A DNA stretch of 64,000 nucleotides from an uncultured Pseudomonadota bacterium (lineage in GTDB: Bacteria; Myxococcota_A; Polyangia; Fen-1088), in contig CAWKBC010000001.1 in NCBI GenBank assembly GCA_963847705.1, positions 1 through 64,000 of the forward strand. The letters run 5' to 3'. This document shows positions 55,793 through 64,000 of this stretch, one piece after another. The translations under genes were made by a program, and so were the position numbers. Positions within the stretch are counted from its first letter, which is position 1. Every line of letters begins with the position of its first letter. The notes beneath the pieces are model-generated. The model had not been told where the DNA came from and did no database searches. It worked only from the letters and a program-made list of their open reading frames with translations.

Positions 55793-55993
55793 CCGGACTG
55801 GACCACGGCGCAGGTCCGGCTGGTGCAGGCCGTGACGGGGGCGCTGCCGCCGGATTCCGGCGTCGATCGCATCGACTCCGCGTTGCGGTCAGGCTTCAGC
55901 ATCGGGGTCAACAAGTCGTACGAGACCAGGCTCCAGGTCGGGGATGCGCGCACCGGCGCGGTGCTCGGGACCAGCACGACCTGGAACTGGTAG
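55793..55993 (+). pseudogene. Start-less C-terminal gene fragment of unknown family
   Basis: Open frame PDWTTAQVRL...GTSTTWNW* with strong third-position GC; in-frame stop just upstream inside the SDR gene. Confidence 0.4.
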
Positions 55994-56011
55994 CGTAGAC
56001 TCAGCCGCGAG

Positions 56012-56815
56012 GTGGACGAAGCGCGCACGATTGCGGTCTCGCCGCGGCACTCGGTGCTGCTGGCGATGGAGCTCTATCCGCTGGTGACGAAGCCGGTGTG
56101 GCAGGACTTCGTGGTGCGGACGCGCGCGCGGCGCGAGGCCAACGGAATGCCGCTCATGGCGGCGGAGCTGGTCATCGCCGGCGCGGAGACCCGCAAGAAT
56201 CACCCGCTGGCCGCCACCTATCCGCTGCACTTTCGAAAGACATATTTTCCCGGACGGCTGCACGGCGATCCGCAGGTGGAGTATGAGCAGCATCTGCTGG
56301 CGTCCCAGCTCTCGAGCACCCCGCCGCCGATCGGCCACACCGCCGACACGTTTCGCAGCTGCCTGGTGCCGGGACAGGCGTACACGCGGCTCACGCCGTT
56401 CGGGGGCGAGCCTCCCGAGAACAACATCGTCAAGGCGCAGCAGCTGCCGCTGGCGACCGCGGCGGGATTGTGGCGGCTGGCCGAGGAGTCGCTGGCGCAG
56501 CTGCTCCTGCTTCAAGCGGGCGGCCTCTCCCACGGGGACGCCGAGCTGCACAACATCATCGTCTGCCCGGCGCCGCTCGAACCGATCCTGATCGATTTCG
56601 AGGCGGCGGCGCAAAAGGAGACGCTGGAGAGCGCCGCCTGGGAGTCACGCTGCAAAAAAGATCTGGAGCCGCTCCTGCGGGAGGCCGTCTATCTGCAGTG
56701 CGCGCTGGGCCGGCAGGAGAGCCAGCTCGGAGAGCGCTCGTGGAATCAGCTCGGCGCGTTGTTCCGATCGCCGGAGCGATTCCAGCGGGCCATCGAGACC
56801 CGCGCCGAAGTCTGA
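56012..56815 (+). CDS. Protein-kinase-like phosphotransferase (RIO/APH-like fold)
   Basis: FRK (beta3 Lys), HGDAELHNII catalytic loop, ILIDFE. Confidence 0.72.
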   Translation: MDEARTIAVSPRHSVLLAMELYPLVTKPVWQDFVVRTRARREANGMPLMAAELVIAGAETRKNHPLAATYPLHFRKTYFPGRLHGDPQVEYEQHLLASQLSSTPPPIGHTADTFRSCLVPGQAYTRLTPFGGEPPENNIVKAQQLPLATAAGLWRLAEESLAQLLLLQAGGLSHGDAELHNIIVCPAPLEPILIDFEAAAQKETLESAAWESRCKKDLEPLLREAVYLQCALGRQESQLGERSWNQLGALFRSPERFQRAIETRAEV

Positions 56816-57037
56816 GCGCGGGTCTGACCGTGCGAATTGCGACGCATCTCACTGTGTCGTCGCCTTGGAAAGACGCGGGAAACGCCTACGAAACATTGCG
56901 GATACACAACATTAACGGCCCGTTTTCGGGGCGAGAAAAGTGGCCTCGGCCGAGCGAAAAGCCTTTCTGAGTCGGCCCCCAAAAGACTAAAACGACTGCT
57001 CAGCAAACATTCGACGGTGAAGAGGAGACGACGAACC

Positions 57038-59218
57038 ATGAGCGGAAATACGGCGCGGCGAGCAGCGATCACGGCGGCTACCAACTACAAACACGAGGGA
57101 GCGCCTCTCGATTACAAGGAGAGCGACGCGGCCTCCCTGTACGGGACCAACGTCTTCGGCCTCAGCACGATGAAGTCGCAGCTGCCGAAGGAGATCTTCA
57201 AGTCGGTCAAGAAGACCATCGACAGCGGCACGCCGCTCGATCCGAAGGTGGCCGACGTGGTGGCCGCTGCGCTCAAGGCCTGGGCGCTCTCCAAGGGCGC
57301 GACGCACTACGCGCACGTCTTCTACCCGCTGACCGGGCTCAGCGCCGAGAAGCACGACAGCTTCCTCTCGCCTGACGGCGAGGGTGGCGCGATCACCGAG
57401 TTCTCCGGCAAGACGCTGACCCAGGGCGAGCCCGACGCGTCGAGCTTCCCCAACGGCGGCATCCGCGCCACCAGTGAGGCCCGCGGCTATACTGCCTGGG
57501 ACGTCACCAGCCCGGCCTACATCCTCGAGTCGGCCAACGGCTCCACGCTCTGCATCCCGACCGCGTTCGTGTCGTGGACCGGCGAGGCGCTGGACAAGAA
57601 GACGCCGCTCCTGCGCTCGGGCCAGGCGCTCAACACGCACGCCCAGCGCATCTTGAAGCTGTTCGGCCACGAGAAGCCGGCCACGGTCGTCTCCTACGCC
57701 GGCGCCGAGCAGGAGTACTTCCTGATCGACAAGCACTTCTTTTACTCGCGCCCCGACCTCCTGAACGCCGGCCGCGCGCTCTTCGGCGCCAAGCCGCCCA
57801 AGGGACAGGAGTTCGAGGACCACTACTTCGGCTCGATCCCCGAGCGCGTGATCGGCTTCATGATGGAGGTCGAGCGTGAGCTCTTCAAGCTGGGGATCCC
57901 GGTCAAGACCCGCCACAACGAGGTCGCCCCGGGGCAGTTCGAGGTGGCGCCGGTGTTCGAGAGCGCGAATCTCGCCTCCGATCACCAGCAGACCATCATG
58001 GTCACGCTGAAGCGCGTGGCCGAGAAGCACGACCTCACCTGCCTCTTGCACGAGAAGCCCTTCGCGGGCGTCAACGGCTCGGGCAAGCACGTCAACTTCT
58101 CGTTCGGCAACTCCACCCAGGGGAACCTGCTCGATCCCGGCGAGACCCCCCACGAGAACGCGCAGTTCCTGGTGTTCTGCGGCGCCGTCATCCGCGCCGT
58201 CCACAAGTACGCCGGCATCCTGCGCGCGGTCATTGCCACCGCCAGCAACGATCACCGCCTGGGCGCCAACGAGGCGCCGCCGGCCATCATCTCGATCTTC
58301 CTCGGCGAGCAGCTGACGGACGTCTTCGAGCAGATCAAGTCGGGCGGCGCCAAGTCGTCCAAGATGAAGAGCTCGCTGGAGATCGGCGTCGACTCGCTCC
58401 CCAAGCTGCCGCGCGACGCCGGCGATCGCAACCGAACCAGCCCGTTCGCCTTCACCGGCAACCGGTTCGAGTTCCGCGCGGTCGGTTCCAGCCAGTCGAT
58501 CGGGGATCCGCTGGTGGCGCTCAACACGATCATCGCCGAGTCCCTCGACGCGGTGGCGACCAAGCTGGAGGCCGCGCTCGCCGGCGGCAAGAAGCTGAAC
58601 GCCGCCATTCAAGAGGTGCTGGGGGAGATCATCACCCAGCACGGCGCGGTCACCTTCGACGGCAACGGCTACTCGGCCGAGTGGCACGCCGAGGCCGAGA
58701 AGCGCGGTCTGCCGAACTACAAGACCGCGGTCGACGCGCTGCCGGTCCTCAACCAGAAGGACGTCATCGCTCTCTTCGACAAGTACAAGGTGCTGTCGCC
58801 CCGCGAGCTCCACGGCCGCTACGAGACCTACCTCGAGCAATACAACAAGAGCGTCAACGTGGAGGCCAACCTGACCGCCAAGATCGCCAAGACCACGATC
58901 CTCCCGGCGGCGGTGCACTACCAGAGCAAGCTGGCCGAGAACGCCATCGCCGTGAAGGCGGCGGGTCTCACCCCCGACACGACCGTGCTCAAACAGGTGA
59001 CCGACCTCATCGGCAAGCTGCAGGCCGGCCTGGCCGGGCTGGAGACCGCCGTCGGTCACCACGGCGCCAGCGACGCGCTGGCCGAGGCCAAGCACTTCGG
59101 CGGCACCGTGCTGCCGGCGATGCTGAAGGTCCGCGAGGCGGCCGACAGCCTCGAGGGGGTGGTCGACGACGCCCTCTGGCCGCTGCCGACCTTCCAGGAG
59201 ATCCTCTTCATCAAGTAG
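57038..59218 (+). CDS. glnA: Glutamine synthetase type III
   Basis: [57 protein letters not shown]; SD GAGGAG. Confidence 0.96.
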   Translation: MSGNTARRAAITAATNYKHEGAPLDYKESDAASLYGTNVFGLSTMKSQLPKEIFKSVKKTIDSGTPLDPKVADVVAAALKAWALSKGATHYAHVFYPLTGLSAEKHDSFLSPDGEGGAITEFSGKTLTQGEPDASSFPNGGIRATSEARGYTAWDVTSPAYILESANGSTLCIPTAFVSWTGEALDKKTPLLRSGQALNTHAQRILKLFGHEKPATVVSYAGAEQEYFLIDKHFFYSRPDLLNAGRALFGAKPPKGQEFEDHYFGSIPERVIGFMMEVERELFKLGIPVKTRHNEVAPGQFEVAPVFESANLASDHQQTIMVTLKRVAEKHDLTCLLHEKPFAGVNGSGKHVNFSFGNSTQGNLLDPGETPHENAQFLVFCGAVIRAVHKYAGILRAVIATASNDHRLGANEAPPAIISIFLGEQLTDVFEQIKSGGAKSSKMKSSLEIGVDSLPKLPRDAGDRNRTSPFAFTGNRFEFRAVGSSQSIGDPLVALNTIIAESLDAVATKLEAALAGGKKLNAAIQEVLGEIITQHGAVTFDGNGYSAEWHAEAEKRGLPNYKTAVDALPVLNQKDVIALFDKYKVLSPRELHGRYETYLEQYNKSVNVEANLTAKIAKTTILPAAVHYQSKLAENAIAVKAAGLTPDTTVLKQVTDLIGKLQAGLAGLETAVGHHGASDALAEAKHFGGTVLPAMLKVREAADSLEGVVDDALWPLPTFQEILFIK

Positions 59219-59225
59219 CGCGAAC

Positions 59226-59307
59226 CCACCGGGCGCCACCGGCGCCCGTTCGCACCCGGGCGCCACCAGCGCCCGGTTCGCACCCGGGCGCCACCGGCGC
59301 CCGGTCG
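59226..59307. repeat. Three tandem 27-28-bp palindromic units (REP/BIME-like)
   Basis: CACCCGGGCGCC-ACC-GGCGCCCGGTTCG x3 with small variations, between convergent genes. Confidence 0.88.
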
Positions 59308-59312
59308 ATTCG

Positions 59313-59346
59313 AAGCCGCCCGTTTTGACTAACGGGCGGCTTTTTT
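59313..59346 (+). terminator. Intrinsic terminator of glnA, overlapping the DsbA-like stop codon
   Basis: AAGCCGCCCGTT-TTGACT-AACGGGCGGCTT followed by a T run. Confidence 0.85.
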
Positions 59347-61422
59347 CGTCTTGGCCGCGGTCTTCTCGGGGAGCTTGGCCGTCAGCTTGCCGAGCTCCGC
59401 GTCGGCGATCTTCTGGAAGGTCTCGAACGGATAGGCACCGGCGATCTTGCGGCCGTTGATGAACACCGCGGGCGTCCCCAGCACGCCGAGCTCGCTCCCC
59501 TCCTGCTTGTCGGCCTCGATCCGCGCCTTGTAGCGCCCGGCGTCGAGGTCGGCCCGAAAGCGCGGCAGATCGAGCCCGATCGCGGCGGCGTCATTCTCCA
59601 GGCTCTCCCGATCGAGCGCGCTGTTGTTCTCGAACAGCCGATCGTGCATCGGCCAGAACTTCCCCTGCGCGTCGGCGGCCATCGCCGCCTCGGCGGCCGG
59701 CTCGGCGTTGTCGTGGAAGGGGAGTGGAAAATTCTTCCAGACCACCCGCACCTTGCCGGCGTAGTGCTTCTCCACCTCCGCCAGCGTCGGTTCGACCCGC
59801 TTGCAGAAGGGGCACTGGAAGTCGGAGAAGACCACCAGCACCAGCGGCGCGTTGGCCGGCCCCTTCGACGGCGCGTCGCCCGGCTTGACGGGATAGACCT
59901 TGAGGTCGGCCTCGGGGCCGGGATCGTCGTCGCCGTCGTTCTGTGCCGCCTTGGCTGCTTCGGCGGGCGGGCGGACGGCCAGGGCGTCCTTCATCAGGGC
60001 GGCGTAGATCCGGGCGCGCGGCGTCCCCTGGGCGAGCATCGCGTCGGTGACCTTCAGCTCGTCGTCGATGCGTGCCTTGAAGGTCTCGTACGGTTGCGCG
60101 CCGACCAGCATCTTGCCGTTGATGAAGAAGGTGGGCGTCCCCCTGGCGCCGGCCTTGGTCCCGGCCAGGATGTCGGCGTCGATCGCGCTCTTGCCCGCTT
60201 CCGCGTCGAGCGCGGCTCCGAAGCGCTTGCCGTCGAGGCCCAGCTCGGCGGCCTCCTGCTCGAACCGCTTCCGCCCCAGCGGCGCGAGGTGGTCGGCGTA
60301 GAGCCGATCGTGCATGGCCCAGAACTTCCCCTGCGCCCCGGCGGCGCGGGCTGCGATCGCCGCCGGCCGCGCCTGGTCGTGAAACGGAAGCGGCATGTCG
60401 CGCCAGACGAACCGAAGCTTGTCCGGGTACTCCTGCCGCAGCCGCGTCAGCGTCTCCTCCACGCGCGCGCAGAACGGACACTGGAAGTCGGACCACTCGA
60501 CGATGGTGATCGGCGCGTCGGCCGGGCCCCGCGCGGGCGCGCCGGCGAGGTCGACGCGGATGCGCACGTTGACGTCGGCCTCGGGATCGGGCCTGGCGGG
60601 GGTTGGGTCGGGCCTCTTGTCGCGGAAGGCGGTCGGGCCGGCCCCGTTGTCCATCGCCGGCTTGGCCCCGGCGAGCAGCGTGGCGTAGAGCATGTCGCGC
60701 GGGAGCCCGCGCCGAAGCAGGCTGTCGGCGCGGGCGAGCTCGTCGTCGATGATCTGCTTGAAGGCGGCGAGCGGCTGGGCGCCCAGCACGGGCCGGCCGT
60801 CGATGAAGAAGGTCGGGGTCCCGCGCACGCCGAGCTGGCGGCCGACCGCCAGGTCGTCGTCGACGCGCGCCTGGCCGGCGTGGGTGTCGAGCGCGGCGCG
60901 GAAGGTCGTCAGATCGAGGCCCAGCTGGAGGGCGTGGCGCTCCAGCGCGGGGCGGTCGAGGTCGCTCTGCTCCGCGAACAGCTTGTCGTGCATCTCCCAG
61001 AACTTCCCCTGCCTCTCGGCGGCCACCGCGGCCTCGGCGGCCAGCGCGGCGTGGTCATGAAAGGGGAGGGGATTGTGCCGAAACAGGATCCGGACGTCGT
61101 GGGGATAGTCGCGGAGGAGCTGCTCGAGCGTGGGGTTCACGCGCGCGCAGAACGGGCACTGGAAGTCGGAGAACTCGACGATGGTCACCTTCGCGGTCGA
61201 CGGACCGCGCTGGGCCCCGCCGAGCGGGACCGCGATCCGCTCGACCGGCGGTCCGTCGGGGACGAGCGGCGCGCCGGGCGGCAGGGACGGAGAAGGCGCG
61301 GTCGCGGCACTGCCGGGCGCGGCGGCCACGGCCGGAGGCGTCGCTTTCGGATGGGGAGGCGCCGAGGCGCAACCGATCGTGAGGCTGAGGGCACCAAGGA
61401 TCACCACCTCAGGGAGCTTCAC
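59329..61422 (-). CDS. DsbA-family lipoprotein with three thioredoxin-like domains
   Basis: Three SDFQCPFC motifs, each with a downstream GTP cis-Pro loop; TIGC lipobox; GTG start. Confidence 0.92.
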   Translation of the reverse strand: MKLPEVVILGALSLTIGCASAPPHPKATPPAVAAAPGSAATAPSPSLPPGAPLVPDGPPVERIAVPLGGAQRGPSTAKVTIVEFSDFQCPFCARVNPTLEQLLRDYPHDVRILFRHNPLPFHDHAALAAEAAVAAERQGKFWEMHDKLFAEQSDLDRPALERHALQLGLDLTTFRAALDTHAGQARVDDDLAVGRQLGVRGTPTFFIDGRPVLGAQPLAAFKQIIDDELARADSLLRRGLPRDMLYATLLAGAKPAMDNGAGPTAFRDKRPDPTPARPDPEADVNVRIRVDLAGAPARGPADAPITIVEWSDFQCPFCARVEETLTRLRQEYPDKLRFVWRDMPLPFHDQARPAAIAARAAGAQGKFWAMHDRLYADHLAPLGRKRFEQEAAELGLDGKRFGAALDAEAGKSAIDADILAGTKAGARGTPTFFINGKMLVGAQPYETFKARIDDELKVTDAMLAQGTPRARIYAALMKDALAVRPPAEAAKAAQNDGDDDPGPEADLKVYPVKPGDAPSKGPANAPLVLVVFSDFQCPFCKRVEPTLAEVEKHYAGKVRVVWKNFPLPFHDNAEPAAEAAMAADAQGKFWPMHDRLFENNSALDRESLENDAAAIGLDLPRFRADLDAGRYKARIEADKQEGSELGVLGTPAVFINGRKIAGAYPFETFQKIADAELGKLTAKLPEKTAAKTKKAAR

Positions 61423-61528
61423 CCTGCGAACTCTATCATCGCGAGACAGTTCGCCCAGGCTCAGACCAATCAGGCTCAGGCAACCGGCGGCGCGCAGGTC
61501 CGACAACACGGACCTGGAGATATCGACG

Positions 61529-61969
61529 ATGCCGCCCCGGAAATCGACCGTGCGTTTCGATGTGGAGTGGAGCTCCGAGGCCTGGGCGGAGCTCCGCACG
61601 CTCCCAGCGTCGGAGCGTCGGCCCGTCCTGGAGGCCGCGGCCAACCTGGCCCTCGGTGACCGAAAACCGGCTGGCGCGGTTCAGGAAGGGCGGACGCCAG
61701 GCGATCACCGGCTGCTCTACCGCGTCGTCGAGCCTCTGTCCGCGCCGTCGTGCTCTCCGTCGTCCTCTCCTTCGCCCCGACCGGCGGCTGTGCGGCCGCG
61801 CGTTCAGATCCTGTGCGCGCTCGTCGCTGGCGCCACCGGCGCCGCCGTCGCCAGGCCCGGCGCAGGCGAGCTCAGACGGCGCGGGGCAATCTTGCGCAGG
61901 CTCGGCGGCGGAATTCCGCACGAGGTGGTCCGTCGCGCCTGGCTCGCCGAGCTGCGCCGCGAGGTCTAG
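61529..61969 (+). CDS. Degenerate RelE/ParE-like protein
   Basis: FDVEWSSEAWAELRTLP...GDHRLLYRV...VQIL; SD GGAG; no antitoxin seen. Confidence 0.45.
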   Translation: MPPRKSTVRFDVEWSSEAWAELRTLPASERRPVLEAAANLALGDRKPAGAVQEGRTPGDHRLLYRVVEPLSAPSCSPSSSPSPRPAAVRPRVQILCALVAGATGAAVARPGAGELRRRGAILRRLGGGIPHEVVRRAWLAELRREV

Positions 61970-63384
61970 TTCTGGTCAAGCTCAGGACCCTCGGCAGGTT
62001 GGAGAGCTGATCGAGGGTTGTCGTCGCCATGAGGCTCGTTCGGGCGGCCCATCGGCGGGGCCGTCAGCTCGACCGCGATGGTCGTTCCGGCGGCGGGTCG
62101 CGAGGTCAATTCGAACCGCCCGCCGCGCGCACGGACCCGCTCGCGCATCCCGACGATGCCCAGGTGGCCGCGCGCCGGGGCCGCGTCGAGGATCGCCGGG
62201 GAGAAGCCGCAGCCGTCGTCTCTGATCGACAGCAACACCCGATCGCCGCGCTGGCCGATCCGGATCTCGATCCGGTGGGCCGCGGCGTGGCGGATGGCGT
62301 TGATGACCGACTCCTGCACCACGCGGAAGCAGGTGATCTCGAAGTCGGGCGGGAGGCGGCGATCTCTGCCGGCAAGAGGCTCGTCCGCGTGAAGCTCGAT
62401 CGCCAGTCCGGAGAGCGCGGCCTGACCGTCGAGGTAGACGCGAAGGGCGGAGACCAGGCCGACCTCGTCGAGGAGAGGGGGGCGCAGGTCCACCGCGATC
62501 CTTCGCACCCGCGCGATGAGGGCGTCGACCAGCGCCAGGGAATCGACGGCGGCCGCGCGGGCACCCGCCGCGCTGCTCAGCCGAAAGGCGTGCTCGCCGA
62601 GCTGAAGGCGCATCCTGAGCGCCGCCAGCGTCTGGCCGAGCTCGTCGTGCAGCTCGCGCGAGAGCGAGCGCCGCTCCTCCTCCTCGGTCGCGTCGAGCCG
62701 CCGGTGGAGCTGCCCCAGCTGTTCGTGCGCCAGCCCCAACCGGCGCAGGGCCTGGGAGGTGGCGCGTGAGCTCGCCTCGACGTGGTGGATCACCAGATCG
62801 ATCGCGCTGGTCACCAGGAGGGCGAGAAAAGCGAAGCTGACACCGACGCGTATCCAGTTGCGCATCCGGTGGGGGTCGAGATCGGTCGCCATCCCCAGCA
62901 CGGGAAGCGCCCCCCGGGTGACCAGCGTGCCGACCACCAGGAACGCCGCCACCGACAGGGCAATGAACAGCAGCCCCTGCGCCCGGCCCAGAAAGATGAC
63001 CGCCATGACGCTGGTCCCCAGGAGGACGACGCCCGACCCGGAGCTGAATCCGAAGGTGGCGAGGGAGAGCACGCCGGTCCCGAAGGCGAGGACGATCGCC
63101 GCCGAGGCGCGGGCAACGACCGAGGGCCGGGGCAGCAGACGAAGCGCGGGGAAGGCCAGCCCCGCGACGATGAACATCACGACCTTCGCCCAGGAGCTCC
63201 GCGTCGACGGCGACGACAGCGCGATCGCCACCACGATGGGCGAGATGACCGCCGCGACGGCGAGCATTCCGCGCAGCACGTCGCGCCGCCAGGAGTCGAT
63301 GCCGTCGAGGCGGAGCTCGCGTTCGATCCCGCGCGCTCCGCCGGTCGTCGCTGGCTCGTCTTCGTTCCGCTCCTGAGCCTGCAT
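61966..63384 (-). CDS. Membrane sensor histidine kinase (HisKA_3/NarX-type)
   Basis: EEERRSLSRELHDELGQ, LRPPLLDE.GL, QESVINAIRHA, DDGCGF, GMRER. Confidence 0.93.
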   Translation of the reverse strand: MQAQERNEDEPATTGGARGIERELRLDGIDSWRRDVLRGMLAVAAVISPIVVAIALSSPSTRSSWAKVVMFIVAGLAFPALRLLPRPSVVARASAAIVLAFGTGVLSLATFGFSSGSGVVLLGTSVMAVIFLGRAQGLLFIALSVAAFLVVGTLVTRGALPVLGMATDLDPHRMRNWIRVGVSFAFLALLVTSAIDLVIHHVEASSRATSQALRRLGLAHEQLGQLHRRLDATEEEERRSLSRELHDELGQTLAALRMRLQLGEHAFRLSSAAGARAAAVDSLALVDALIARVRRIAVDLRPPLLDEVGLVSALRVYLDGQAALSGLAIELHADEPLAGRDRRLPPDFEITCFRVVQESVINAIRHAAAHRIEIRIGQRGDRVLLSIRDDGCGFSPAILDAAPARGHLGIVGMRERVRARGGRFELTSRPAAGTTIAVELTAPPMGRPNEPHGDDNPRSALQPAEGPELDQN

Positions 63385-63503
63385 CTCCTCTGGAACGAGG
63401 AGATTAGCGTCAGGGCGCGCGCAGCGCGAGTTGAACGGTCACCCGCGTCCCGGGTGCAACCCCGACCGACCGCCGGAGGCGGCGCGCGCCGCCAGGCAGC
63501 GTG

Positions 63504-64000
63504 TTATCGCGTGGCGGCGTTCCTTCGATCCCGGCGTGTGACGAGGAGGATCCCCAGCAGCATCGCGGCGAGGATGACCAGCGAGGCGGTGATTCGCCCC
63601 CAGGCGAGGCCCCCTTCGTCGCGCGGTTTGGTCAGAAGATCGCCGAGCGTCGCTCCAAAGGGGCGCGAGAGCACGTAGGCCGACCAGAAGTAGGCGCTGG
63701 CGGGGATGGTGCGGAGCCACCGGTGTCCGGCCGCGACCAGGCCCAGCAGGCCGCCGAACACCAGCGTGCGAGAGCGTCGTGCCGACGGTGGTGGTGGCGA
63801 CCACCACCGCCCAGTAGGCGAACGGCCGATAGCGCCGGGACCCGACCTGGATCGCCAGCACCACCGCGAAGAAGGCGACGTAGATCAGGCTGGCGACGGC
63901 GTAGCCGAGGTCCAGCGTCATCGAGACGGCGTCACCGCCGGTCTCCCCCACGGTCGTGGCGAGCAACTTGATGATCCAGAAGCCCAGGGTGGCCTGGGGA
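63504..64000 (-). pseudogene. COG4705/DUF347-repeat membrane protein, frameshifted by an internal deletion (5' end outside window)
   Basis: FWIIKLLATTVGETGGD...YWAVVVATTTVGTTLS, then a frame change near 63768 to LVFGGLL...FWSAYVLSRPFGATLGDLLTKP..GGL. Confidence 0.75.

Noticed and set aside
56941-56956. Sigma54 promoter for glnA (TGGCCTCGGCCGAGCG)
   Set aside because: GG-N10-GC spacing is right, but the -12 element is poor; too weak to call in GC-rich DNA.
59226-59307. Possible mini-CRISPR array
   Set aside because: Units are contiguous with no unique spacers, and there are no cas genes in the window.

Overview
High-GC chromosomal window from a myxobacterium (Myxococcota; inferred from mglBA, Cys/Gly-rich lipoproteins and a split nuoEF-JKLMN cluster). 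The left part (1-27.7 kb) is mostly core genome: J-domain chaperone and clpB, dnaX-ybaB-recR, mglB-mglA, an S8 protease, a hipBA-type module, a GMC oxidoreductase with its Tat partner, a TMTC-like glycosyltransferase and nuoEF-JKLMN. The right part (27.7-64 kb) is accessory patchwork: an XRE/nucleotidyltransferase pair, a three-gene phosphorelay, a LysR/SDR cassette, hppD-hmgA, lipoproteins, an M16 peptidase, type III glutamine synthetase, a triple-thioredoxin DsbA-like protein and several decayed gene relics. I recognised no tRNA, rRNA, CRISPR array, integrase or transposase. The most unusual observations are: (1) a ~70-nt double-hairpin dispersed repeat found after two stop codons and also in-frame inside recR, where it adds 24 aa; (2) a PKD/Ig-like domain fused to the C-terminus of NuoL, with a TMTC-type glycosyltransferase gene directly upstream of the operon; (3) at least 11 genes with a TANNNT box 6-7 nt before the start codon, suggesting leaderless mRNAs. 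All family assignments come from motif recognition by eye, not database searches.
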